A program made the translations under genes and the position numbers. A stretch of DNA of 23,764 nt from Bugula neritina (taxonomy: Eukaryota; Animalia; Bryozoa): the NCBI GenBank assembly GCA_964035545.1, contig CAXIUT010000006.1, positions 50,318-74,081 on the forward strand, read 5' to 3'. The notes under the pieces are model-generated. The model did not search any database. It worked only from the letters and a program-made list of their open reading frames with translations, and was not told the DNA's origin. Of the stretch, positions 11,348 through 22,999 are shown piece by piece (the stretch's first letter is position 1; each line of letters begins with the position of its first letter).

Positions 11348-12552
11348 TCATATTTTTTTGAAATTTGGAGATTTTCTTTCTTGAAGATTTTCTTCTTATT
11401 CTTAAGCTTCCAGATTTCTGAAAGCTTTTTTGCTTTAGCCGTTATCGTAGGCGACCCCACGAGGTAGTATTTGATGAATATTTTTGACTGTCATGGTGTT
11501 ATTGATATTTTTTATTGGAGCTTTTTCTGTGATATTTTGTGTTTATTGATGAGGTTCTTAATCCCACATGACTTTGAGGAAGTTTTAGAAGTGATGAAGC
11601 ATTGAATCAATTTGATTTGAGAATATCTGGTGACTTGTGATAGGGTTTATAGTTGTGATTATGTTTGATGACGATAAAGAGTTAATTTTTGTCGATAATG
11701 TTCTAAACTTTATTTACATTAATCTGTATCACCTGATTCTTGTATTCCATCAAGTACTTATTCCATATGATTTTCTATATCATTTCTAATCACATTAACC
11801 TCGATAATATTCTCCCTTAAATTGTCGTTCTAAATATCAGCTATTTGGGTATACTTCTCTTTCTATTGGATCAGATCACTTATATGATCGTTTTTCATTT
11901 CTTATATAACTTAGATTAGTCGATCGTAGAAGGCAGTGGTGAGATCGATTTGGTTGTTATACTATTACTATAGTCCTCCAAATTGTTAGATATTTTAACT
12001 GTGTTATTCTACGACTGTATCACAGAGGTTTATCATATCTCTGATTTAATGGTAAATTGGTTCATGTTAGTATTGAGGCAGATGAGGTAGTTAGTTCTTT
12101 TTTGTTGCTTTCATTCCCTGATTTAATGAATTTTAAAGAGATTAAACTTTGCATCCTTGAGTGGCTAGTTGCGCTGCACATCTTCCGCAAAAATACTATT
12201 AGTTGTCTTAGATGAAAGTTCTGAACTATGCTTTCTTAGTGAGATGGTTGCAGCATGCTAACATCTGATTGGTTCTGTCAGTATTAATATGAGTTCGTGG
12301 GGATCTTTGCTATCTAAAACCGTTATTTTTGGTTGTAATTTTACTTTCAAACATGATTCTTTCGGATTGTTGTTTTTTTGGACTGATCAATGGTCTTGAA
12401 TAGTTGTGATTGAAGTTAGGACTAAATAGAAGGATAGAGTACTTGTTATGATTTTATTTGAGGTATGTGTTGGATTCTGTTCTTTTCATTGGTGAAGAAT
12501 CTGTAGGGATGATAAGGTTTCTGGGTTGAGGTACTCTTGATCTTGCTATCAT
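11348..12552 (-). CDS. Hypothetical protein with a B-box-like Cys/His motif plus coiled coil, about 395-400 aa; candidate in-frame 21-nt intron 12422-12442; apparent frameshift near 11600-11700
   Basis: CCNHLTKKAEFRTFIEDNEEYFCGRCAAQLATQG followed by a helical region. The natural-looking acidic C-terminus (..EAEEEEENLQERKSPNFKKI*) lies in a shifted frame. Confidence 0.6.
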
Positions 12553-12732
12553 AGATTTTGAATTTATAACGTTTATGATAAATTTAAGTTTTAAATATCA
12601 TACTAAGTATCAATAAATAAAATATCATTATTTTGATTAAATTGAAATGAGTTATTTATGAAATATTGTGTGGGATATATTTTATTAGTCATCTTTTGAC
12701 TTAAATACGTTTCATATATATATTATTTTAAG

Positions 12733-13965
12733 ATGAGAAACATAAACTATGTTAATTTTACTAACCAGATGAGTTCTCCAAAAAATAAAAAGTGTTCAAA
12801 GGATGAGGACTCTTTTGGTCTTCGTTTACAATCAAAACAAAGCAAAAGTGAAAAATATTAAAAACTGAATCTTCCCTTTGATCCTCAATAATGGGCTACA
12901 TATCTAGCTAGAATCAATGATAAAATAGAATATACTCCATAAATCAAAATAGTCTAATAAAACATGAATTATTTGACTATATAGATTAAAAAATATCCTA
13001 TTGGACTTGAAGATTATCTTCATACTTTGGATAATAACCACAAAATTATTTGTTTGTACCAAGTATTGAAGACATATAGACTACTTGTGGGAAAGTATGG
13101 ACTTTTTATTTTAAAAAGTCAGCTTATAAAAGTTCAAGAGAATAGGTAGATATCTGTATGGATTCATTCCTAATTTTGGAGAAATAAACCTTAATATCAA
13201 TTAGTTAGCAATAGACAGTAGTAAGTAAAAGCTATTAAATATTTTTTGTAAATTTTTAGAAAATATCTAGATCCAATATTATTCAAATACATAAAAGCAA
13301 ATACTTTAGATGACCTATAGATGTTTTTTAAAAGAACAGTAAAAAGAAATAATATCCACAAAAAATGCAAATAGATCTTACACTAGAAAGTCAAAAGAAA
13401 GAGTCTTTATCCTCAAAAATCAGTATCTTATTTAAATAACAATTAAAGAAATTTAACTATGAATCCTTCATCTCCTTTATTGGGTTCTCATTTGGCTATT
13501 CCTTTTATCAATAGTTGCAATGTATCAAATAAAGATGGTTCTTTTATTAACACATAAACTTTTATTCATTCTGATATCGATACTTGTATTTCTACTCATA
13601 GAAAAAAATGTAGTTATATTTAGAATCATTGGACACCTAAATTCTAAAAGAAATCTTGTTTTGTAGAAAAAAATAAAATATAAACTTAAAAATCGAATAT
13701 TACTGTTAAAAGTCATCTGAAAACTATGTAGTCACAAATTAAGCAGGTATAGACAAAAATAAGTTAAAGTGAACCACTTTTTCCTGATTTAAATCTAAAT
13801 CAAAATGTAAATAAGAAAAGATTGGAAAGCAAGAACTCTTTAGAATAGAATCTAAACAATTTATTTCTGTCTGAAATAAATTAGGAGGCATAGAAAGATC
13901 CTGGAAAGTCTTCTAAAAACCCATTAAAATAATTTTTATAAGAATTTTCTAATGTTTTCTATTGA
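12733..13965 (+). CDS. Hypothetical protein, 410 aa; N-terminal half may be a highly degenerate kinase-like fold
   Basis: 411-codon ATG-to-TGA ORF under UAR=Glu. No intact HRD/DFG motifs, so the kinase-like call is a weak impression only. Confidence 0.7.
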
Positions 13966-13979
13966 TATATATCATCACT

Positions 13980-14887
13980 TCATTATTTCAAATGTCCTAA
14001 TTTAGCCAAACTACTTTTCGGAATCGCATAAGTGGGATCAATAGGTGCCAATCCATATTTTTTAGAATTAAGCAGTGAAAGAGCAGCTATTCCAAAAAAA
14101 CTATGGAAAACATCTACTGTATTGCCAGGACGGTCGCTTATACCTCCGTCTTATGGATCTTGGCAATGCAAGATGTATAATTCTAGGGCTTATTGATCAA
14201 TCCAATCTTATTTTCCCATCATGCAAAAAGTGGAATAAATCCACCATGAATAACAGACATCAGGTAACTTCTATGGTCTTCCATTGAAACCTCCTTTTGA
14301 TGTTTGTCTTTAGCAAAGCCACTTGGCGAGGAGCTAATGATCGAAAGATTACATATATCCTGTTATTTTTAGAGTACCTACACAACAGAATACATAGGCT
14401 GCATGAGATTAAGCATCAGGAATGCCTCCAAAAGAACCATCGAAGTTTTTGCAACTTAAGACATAGGTAGCAGCTTTTTCTTTGTTGATTTTATCTAAGG
14501 AGTTGAGTAATTTGAGACAAGAAACGGCAATATACGAAAATCTTGTATCTACTTATCCCCATTTATCTCCAAAAAAGGATCCATCTTACTGTTGTAATCC
14601 ACAGACATACTAGATAACTTTCTCTACTTTGATTTAGCTGAATAGATCTATTTTTACTTGATTTTATCAAAAACAAAAAGCATTAGAATAGCATAATGAG
14701 TACTAGTAATATGCGAATCATGGCCAACGTTACCACCAAATCCCCCATCTTGATTTTGACATTTAGCCAGCCAGTTGACTATTTAATTGATTTTATTTTA
14801 TGGAGGTAGAGATTCGAGAGATGCTAGGGCTGTTAGCGACCAGTACCCTCCTGCAACTTTAAGATGTTCTGTTAGGTATTTACCAAT
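13980..14887 (-). CDS. RABGGTB: Rab geranylgeranyltransferase (type II) beta subunit; native N-terminus missing at the telomere tract; one 20-nt intron (14638-14657)
   Basis: [119 protein letters not shown] at 13980-13982. Confidence 0.95.
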
Positions 14888-14965
14888 CCCCAACCCCAAC
14901 CCCAACCCCAACCCCAACCCCAACCCCAACCCCAACCCCAACCCCAACCTCCAACCCCAAACCCC
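14888..14965. repeat. Internal telomeric tract: (CCCCAA)10 plus degenerate units
   Basis: Ten perfect C4A2 units (14888-14947), then CCTCCAA CCCCAAA CCCC. The C-strand on + means it has the polarity of a left end for the DNA to its right. Confidence 0.95.
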
Positions 14966-15019
14966 TTACATAGATGATTATAAGATATAAACTATAGAGC
15001 TATAATAAAATAGTGATGA

Positions 15020-16523
15020 TCATTGGTTGAAATCTGTTTAGAAATTGGATAGATATGTATCTACTTGTTCTTCTAGTAATTTTTTTCTTTATTAATCCTG
15101 CCCATCGATCGTTATTGATTTTTCTTTATTATTCGAAGGTTTGGTTGGTTTATTGGTAGGCTAATCTTTGCATTTTTTGTTTTAATATTTATTTTTAGAC
15201 TTGAAATCTGGTATCTGATGATTTGATGACTGATTGTAATTTGATTTATTGTAGTTATTTAGGAAGTTGGCTTAACAATTTCAATTCATCTAGTTATTCT
15301 TGTTGTAAAGCCATTAAAACTTTTTATTCACTGATTAATTCATCTACCATTGATTTTTTAAATTGATATTACTACTATGCATCGATACCTATTCTTTTCT
15401 TCTTATTTGTCTAATTTATTTTAGATTGAGATTGCTAAGGTGAATTTGTTATTTTTTATGGTTTTCTTCTATCTTCTAATATGATTTGCATCAATTGTTT
15501 ATTTTATTAACTTTTCAACTACATCATCTTTTATAGAACTCGCATGCTGTCGTTGGATTGGTTTTGTTGGGGATATGGCATCATCATTACTGGAAGATAT
15601 CCATTCATTGTATTGAACTGTCCATAGGGTAGGTTTGTTTATGGTTTTTGTGGTTATATTTTTGATTTTTTTGTTTTGTTGATAATAGTTGAGGCTTGTG
15701 AGGTGGTGTTTGATACTTATGAGATATTTCTTAATTTCAGGATGGGAGTTGAGACTCTGCTTTATATGAGATTTTGTGATTAGTTGAAGACTTGATTATT
15801 TTATTATTTTAATTTATTGTGATTATCTTTTAGAAACTTTTAATAGAATTCTATCATTTTTTATACATTTTCTTTGAAATCATTCTTTTTGCCTCCATTT
15901 TCTATATACAATCTTTTGATTTAATTGAGTTAATCTAATTTAAATTTAGAATATTATATTTTCTATTTTAGTGGCATTCTAGCAATAGATGAATTCGATT
16001 TATCTAAAACTGTTTGATTTCTCATTCCTAGTTGATCGATAAATGTAGGTCCATAAACAGTTTCTTCATGAATTGGTGGTTAATATTTCTTTAGATCTTT
16101 ATCTAGCTGACTTTAACTATATGAGTTAAAAGTTAATTTAGTTTAGTTTAATTTTGATTTTGTACTTGATGCTTTTGATGTTGACTGAGGATGGTAATAT
16201 TTTTGTTTACCTTATAGTTGTCTCTTGAACTTGTTTATATTTTTCATATCTTTATTGAGGTTGTCCTAATTGAGTTATCTGTATTAGTTGATGTTGGCAA
16301 GTGAGTTTGATCCTGCTTGTTGTAGATAGTTTTTATGTGAAAATTGTGGTCGATTTGGTGGATTTGTTCCTTGCCATTCGATTTTGGATAGTCCTTCTAA
16401 GTTGTCGTATCCGCTGTTGAGACAGAATCGACGTTTATGATTTTGTAGTTCGATGGGAGAGTTGAAGGAGAGGGAGCAATCATTGCATCTGTTTATGGAG
16501 AGGGAGAAATTATCGACTGACAT
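15020..16523 (-). CDS. C2HC zinc-finger/coiled-coil protein, CCDC17-like, about 500 aa; apparent 1-nt insertion in the T7 run at 15080-15086
   Basis: N-terminal CNDCSLSFNSPIELQNHKRRFC; internal IKRLYIENGG and EELDELKLLSQLP. The frame is open for about 480 codons, and the last ~20 codons to TGA 15020-15022 need a +1 shift. The CCDC17 resemblance is from memory of the motifs. Confidence 0.7.
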
Positions 16524-16579
16524 ATATTATAATTGGAAATGAAGAATTTATTGAACGCATTATCTCACCTTTATTTATA

Positions 16580-16842
16580 TCATTATGATCGCACTTAAAT
16601 ATTAAACTTCTTCTGCTGGGTTTTATTGATGTTTGAGGTTGTTTTATAGCATTTGATAAATGAAACTTAACTAATCAGTCGATTTTATAGTCTAACGACT
16701 TCAACTGCTTTATTTTATTTGTTAAGTTAATTGGTGTAATAATGAATAATCATGGCTATTTTTGATGGATTTGCGTTGAGGTGGGGCGTATGGAGAGGTA
16801 TTTGTGGTTTGAATAATTAGAGGGCTTTCAAAAAACTGTCAT
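16580..16842 (-). CDS. Possible small protein (58 codons from ATG 16753, or about 87 aa if the A6 run at 16830-16835 lacks one base)
   Basis: Stop-free frame filling an otherwise unusually long intergenic gap, with the C-rich sense-strand 5' composition seen in neighbouring genes. Confidence 0.35.
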
Positions 16843-16883
16843 AGTGCAAGTTTCGAATAAAATTATTTGTAATTTCTATAAGA

Positions 16884-18646
16884 ATGCGACGCCAGGACTA
16901 GAGCACAGGTGTGCGTAAAAAACTATAGGACTATTCCTATCTTTTATCTGACAATATTGGCAAGGGTTACTCCAGTCAGGTGTTCAAGGGCAGACATGAC
17001 CTTACCAGTACATCTATATCCACTCAGATTAAACGGTAGCTGTCAAGGTAATCGACATGCGGATGATCAAGGGAGAGGTTCATAAAAACCTACTTGCTTC
17101 AGAGATAGAAGTGCTTAAAACTCTAAAAAGCAGTCACAACATAATAGAACTCTATGACATCTTCAATACCAAAAACAACACCTACATCATCACTGAGCTC
17201 TGCTAGAGTGGTGACCTAGCTAAACTAATATCATCTAGACGTTCAATTCCTGAAGCTGAGGCTATTCCTCTGATGAACCAGATCATCAATGGTTACATTA
17301 ATATTCATTCTCGGAGTATAATTCATCGAGATTTGAAACCTGCCAACATCTTCCTCAGAAATGATTAAATCAAGATAGCTGATTTTGGGTTTGCTATGAA
17401 ACAAACTGATTGTAAAAAATATTCCTCTTATAACGTTGGAAGTCCAGTATATATGCCTCCTTAAGCTCTTAACTAAAATAAATATAGCTTCAAAAGTGAT
17501 ATTTGGGCTCTTGGGGTCATCTACTACGAAATGCTGACTGGTAAAACTCCATGGAGGGCTAAAACCTAAAAAGATCTAGCCAAACAGTTGATTTCTCTTC
17601 CTATCAAAAAAATGATGCCTGCTGCTATAAGCGCATCATCATAAAACTTTTTAATGAGAACTTTGACAGTTGATATCAACAATCGAATGACTCCTTAAGA
17701 GTTGCAGAGATTTACTTTGAATGGTTAGAAATCAGTGATAAATCGTGGTTTATATTCAACTTAGAATTCAATTTTTGATGGTCGTAACAATCATATTCGT
17801 AGAAATGAAAATAAACCTGACAGACATGAAACTTCTCTCAATAAAAATTCTATCAATACCCCTAGTAACATGAAAAGATTGACATTTATGCAAGGAACTC
17901 ATGAAGATTTTAAGTCACATAATTTTAGTCTACCTAAAACAGCTGCTACAATCTCAAATAAAACATAAAATTATATCACTTCAAACAATACCATCAACAA
18001 TGGAGAAGCACTCACTCTTAAATAAATTAATACTCATCATCAAATATCTGATGTTCAGTATGATAAGAAATATTTGTCTAAACAGCTATTGAGTCAGATC
18101 CATTTTTGTAGATTTTTGTATAAACTTATCATTAGAATGAAAGATAAGCTATCAGAAGAAATGAACTAAAATTTGCTTGGTTTGAAAGAATAAATGGCTG
18201 GATTGATTTTCTAAAAATTGTAAGAAGTTAACAGTCTGAAAAATGTTAATAGCAAATATGTGCAAGATTACAGATCATCATCTGATTACTCTAAAATAGC
18301 ACAAATCATTCAACAGTATGTTACTAAATACACCAAGGATTTGAGTAGTATCAAGCAGACATCGAGGCCTTTATCTGGTTTTAAGGAGCAGTTGACGTCT
18401 AATGTGATATTTATATTTGAGCAGATTCAGGAGGAGGAGATAGGTGAGTGGAAGGACGAGGTAATAGTTCTGGACTATCTGGTCACCTTGAGGCAGTTGA
18501 TCAGTTTGTTGCAGGGAAATGATATGGATGGGTTTCATACTAAGTCCAAGATAGAAACTATTGTCGAAGGGTCGCCTTCTAAAACTATTACAGTCGATCA
18601 TCTTAACGCCATCAAAGCTAAACTTAAAGCCATTAAAATAATATGA
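16884..18646 (+). CDS. Ser/Thr protein kinase (ULK/CAMK-like) with C-terminal extension, 580 aa; one 20-nt intron (17008-17027)
   Basis: IGKGYSSQVFKG, VAVK, TELCESGDL, IIHRDLKPAN, IADFG, VGSPVYMPPE (E = TAA 17462-17464), KSDIWALGVIYYEMLTGKTPW. Confidence 0.95.
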
Positions 18647-18673
18647 TTGTAATATAACATAAATGCGTTAGAT

Positions 18674-18771
18674 TCATCTCTATCATCATCTCTATCATTA
18701 TCAAATATCATTTCTATCATTATCAAGTATCATTTCTATCATCTATCAAGATTACTATCATTAATTATATT
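18674..18771. repeat. TATCAT-rich low-complexity repeat between two convergent genes
   Basis: Contains two near-identical 22-nt units TCTATCATTATCAA(A/G)TATCATT plus partial copies. Confidence 0.75.
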
Positions 18772-18789
18772 TATAATTATCGAAATCAA

Positions 18790-20600
18790 TCATTTGTAAG
18801 GATTGTAGCTTGATTTAAGGAAGATGCTACTGTTGCTTGAACTGAGTCTTTTACTTTCGATTTGTTATTCTAGTTTTTTACCTTTTTCATAGTATTCTTC
18901 AGCTTTTTATTAACTTTTCTTGACATATCTTCCATATTTGTACATATTTCCTAAATGATAAAAAGCATCAGGAATTCTATTATTGCAACCTTCATAATAA
19001 TACTCAAATGCTTTTTGGTAATCTGCTTTCAAATTAATTCCTCCTTTTTAATAAATTTAACTAAATAATCATAAAAGTACCCCAAAAAAACCAAAGAATC
19101 TTTATTGTATTTAGCTGCTTTTTAGTAATATCTAACAGCTTCTTTTAAATCTTTTTAAATGCCAAAACCATTTTAATAGCATTAAGCTAGCTTCATCATA
19201 GCTCTATCATGATTAAGAACTGATGCAAGTGAAAAATAAAGAAATGCATTTTTTGGATTTATTTTAACTCCTAGACCTTCATTATACATTATTCCCACTA
19301 AATAGCAAGCTGATGTTGAATTTTAGTCGTCTTTAGCTATTGCTTCAAGACATAAATGATAGACTTCTTCTAGTTGCTCTTTTGTACAACTTTTTGATTA
19401 ATTTATCATAACTTCAATGTATCTTATTCTGGCATCAGTATCTCCTTTTTAGGCTGCTCTTCTAAATAAATTCTTTGCTTTTTCATTATTTTGAACTACT
19501 AATACTCCTTGAAAATAAAGTTAACCCAAGTTATGAAGAGATTTTGGATATTCTGTTTAAGTTGCTTTCTCAAAATATTATAAACTTTTCTTTTAATCAA
19601 GATATTTTTTATTATTAAAGTAAAAAGTAGCTAAATTACTGAGAGCTCTTGGAAAATTTTATTAAGCAGCTTTGCTATAGTATTTATAAGCCGTATCAGA
19701 GTTAATTTCAATAATATTTCTGCCATTATTATCTTCAAGTCCGACTTCATAAAGATAGCCCATATCTGTAAGAGCTTATAAATTACCATGTTAGCTGGCT
19801 TCTTCCCACATTTTCAAATATTAGAATTCTTTACCATAAAGTCCTCTTTCATTTAAAGATCCTAATCGATGTAAAGCTTCGTAATTATTTTTTTTAATAG
19901 CTATTTTATAGTACTTTATAGCTTTTTAAATGTCTTTATCGAAAATAGTTCCTTCTTCCTGAAGAATACCTTATATTAATTATGTATCTGGAAGCTATTT
20001 CAACATTTTTTTAACTGTATATCCATTAGGACACAAGGAAATTGCCATTAATAGTTCACAATTTTTACATTTATTAATATTGATTTATTAATGAGACTTT
20101 ATTTCAGTTTTTATTTCAATATTTTAGTCTGATCTATTTTATTTTTTAAAATTATTGTCTTATTTTTTAAGATTATTATTTTATTAATATCTACCTACAA
20201 CATTATCACGAATATCTTTATCTTGAAAAGGTCTAATAATTTGAAACATATGTTAATACCCAACAATTCTTGAAAAAATACTATCCAATTATTTAGGATT
20301 TGCATTTTTACCACAAAACAAAGAAGTTCCTTTTGAAACTGATATTAAAGTAGTCTAAAACTATTGTAATATATTTTTGAAATTATCTACTATCTTTTAT
20401 ATTTATTATGGCCAGAAAGGTTGCAATTTTCCAATGGTATAGTTCAATTATCTAATGACTCGATTGTAGGTTTATTTTTTATCTTTGGGAATTTATTTAT
20501 CTTCTGTTAGTCTTTTTTATATTGTTTATAGGAGTTATTTTGTTGGTTAATAGTGAATAGAAGGTGGTAGCCAGTGTTTTTATTCCTTTTATTTCAACAT
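18790..20600 (-). CDS. SEL1-like repeat (TPR family) protein, about 596 aa; one 20-nt intron (19061-19080)
   Basis: Repeats such as AMMKLAECYENGFGIEKDLKEAVRYYEKAA, ACYLVGIMYNEGLGVKINPKNAFLYFSLA and AFYHLGNMYKYGRYVKK. The start is the first ATG after an upstream in-frame TGA. Confidence 0.88.
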
Positions 20601-20848
20601 CTTTAGTATGAATTTTGAATTATTTATGAAAACTATATTTAAACTATGTTATTTGATTTGTTTATTTTATTTAGAGGTTACTAAATATCTTAAAGAAGTT
20701 ATTTTTATAAATATACCATAAAGATTTTATTTTTGTTCTTATTTTTTTCAAGTCAAAAATCACAAATAATCTATTTTAAAAGTTCTTTTTCTATTAACTC
20801 AAAATCTAAAATAGAACTAAAAGATGGAAGATAATTAAAAGATAAATA

Positions 20849-22024
20849 TCAATTTTTCTGGTTAAGTTCCTAGATGGTATTGGGTTGTTCTAACTTTTAA
20901 AGAGTTGGAACATTTGATGATACCATTTAAGGTCTAGATTTGATCTTCTATTTAGATTATACCTGTTCTACTTCTAAGTTTATTTAAGCTGGATTTACTT
21001 ATATTTTTCTCTTATCTTAACTTTCTCTTTTACTTGAATTTTGTTTGGTTTATGATGATGAACTAGCTTCATTATGCTATTGATGCAAATATTGATTGTA
21101 TTTATACTTTACCTATCTTTGATGAACTGTGAAATATATTTTTAACATGTTTTTTATACAGTTTGTTTTTTGATAAGGATTTCCTGAGATACCTTACCAC
21201 TTCTTATCAAAATATTCTTTAGTTGTTATATTCTTTACAATTAGGTAGGTGTGGAATACAAGCATGATTGCAACAAAAATAAAAGCTGGGACGCATAGAA
21301 TAGCTAAAACTATCGATAGAGGGTATTAAGATAGAGTACCTCCAAGGTTAATCTATTAATTGATCAAATTGGTGTCCATGATCATTACGCACATGATAAA
21401 AATGATAACAATTTCTATGCAAAGTGAGAGTAGAAAAAGATAAAACTGTTTGTAGTTTTTTTTTCCAATACAAGTACCTAACCAGGGACAGTGATGATCC
21501 ATTCTTTCTATGCAGAATCCACAGATATCACAGTGGCTGGTTCTTGAAGGTCGATATATATTACAGGTCATGCAAAATTTAGTTCTGTTGACTTTAACTC
21601 CTTCAACCATAACATATGAAATTTGTATGTGACTGCGAATGTGTTCATTCTTAGGGATGAGGAGCATATCGCTTTAGTTTTAGTGTTTTTAGTTCTAGGT
21701 GAAGAAAGGGTTACTATTTTTTGAATAATGCCAGGTTGGATGGTTACGATGTAGATGTAGGTATAGAAGTTGATGAACTGAAAGAGTATGAGAAGCACTA
21801 CTAGTGAGAAGATATGTCTGGTTGAGAACCATCCTAGGTGAAGGATTTCATGAAGAGCGATGATTCCTTGGATTAGGATAAGGGTGATGACTGCCTTTTT
21901 GGGTTGGGCTCTGAGTGAGGGAGAGGTACACTTGGTAAAGACGACCATCGCAGCAGGAATACTCTTACTCGTAGTACTTGGTTTCTGCGGGTTGGTTGTT
22001 ATTGTTATCGTCTTACTTTTTCAT
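20849..22024 (-). CDS. DHHC-type protein S-acyltransferase (Erf2/ZDHHC9-14-like), 378 aa; introns 21911-21929 (19 nt) and 21695-21714 (20 nt)
   Basis: TM helices, QPGII, KFCMTCNIYRPSRTSHCDICGFCIERMDHHCPWLGTCIGKKNYKQF, TTxE motif (NITTKE) and NPY. Confidence 0.93.
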
Positions 22025-22999
22025 GTTTAGAATATATAGCTTTAAACAATCTGAAAAGATCTGATAGTTCTAGTGATATTTTAGATAAAGAAAAGTTGAT
22101 AGTTTATTTATAAAAACGTTTTGGAGTTTACACATTATTCATGTTGATTTTGTTTAATCAACTAAAAAGGAAGAACGATGTCAAACTTAAACATGAAAGG
22201 CAGAGGCTGTATTATGAAATAATAGTAGTCAATAAATTATAACTTTTTTAACAAACAAGAATAAATAGAAAAAATAAACTAAAGAAAAAAATAACTTATA
22301 AAAACCAACTTAAAATAAAAATAGTAAAATTTTTCAGGTTAAAGTGAAATATATAACTTTTAAAGTTCATTTAAGGCTATTTTACATGGGCAACAACAAG
22401 TAATGCAACAATTAGTAAAAACTGCGTTTGTTTTTCTGAATGAATAAGATAAATATCTAACGAATTAGAACAGAAAAAAAGAATAATATTTAGTTTAGGA
22501 TAAAAAAGTTAGGATAAAAGGAAACAAAATACACAAAAATAAAAATAATCGGAAAAATAGAAAAGAGAAGAAAGATAAAAAAGATAAGATCAAGAGTGAG
22601 AAATCATAAAGTATCGAAGAAAATTATTTAGTTGAAAGGCATGAAGAAAATAAATAATCAAGACTATCCGATGAAGAAATTATAAATAAACTGAAAGATA
22701 GAGATCCAAATAACTTATTACTTAAAAGGGTGTAAAAGGAAGAAAAAAGAATTGAAGAGGAAAGTCAATAATTTCATAAAAAAACTATTAAATTTACATA
22801 AGAAGAAAAGATAAGGATTAAAAATAACGCTTAGAAGTATCTCTCGCTTTCGCTGTAGGATAGAAGATAAGTACTAGCTTTTAAAGCAGCTCAAAATAAC
22901 CAAAGTAACATGAATGTAGCAAATAAACTTTTAAAAAAACTACTCTCAGTCAAGCTTAAGGCATAGTTAGGTTAGATAATTTAACAACAAGCTGAATGA
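22023..22999 (+). pseudogene. Degenerate gene-like unit, copy 1 of a tandem pair
   Basis: Starts ATG TTT AGA ATA but is broken by indels and TGA. The last ~120 codons form an open E/K-rich frame ending at TGA 22997-22999. Similar to 23142 onward. Confidence 0.5.

Noticed and set aside
14787-14990. ORF with a (PN)n repeat
   Set aside because: Simply the translation of the CCCCAA tract, antisense to RABGGTB.
21898-21910. Telomere-like ttgggttggg
   Set aside because: Short, imperfect and explained by codons CAA CCC AAA of the DHHC gene.
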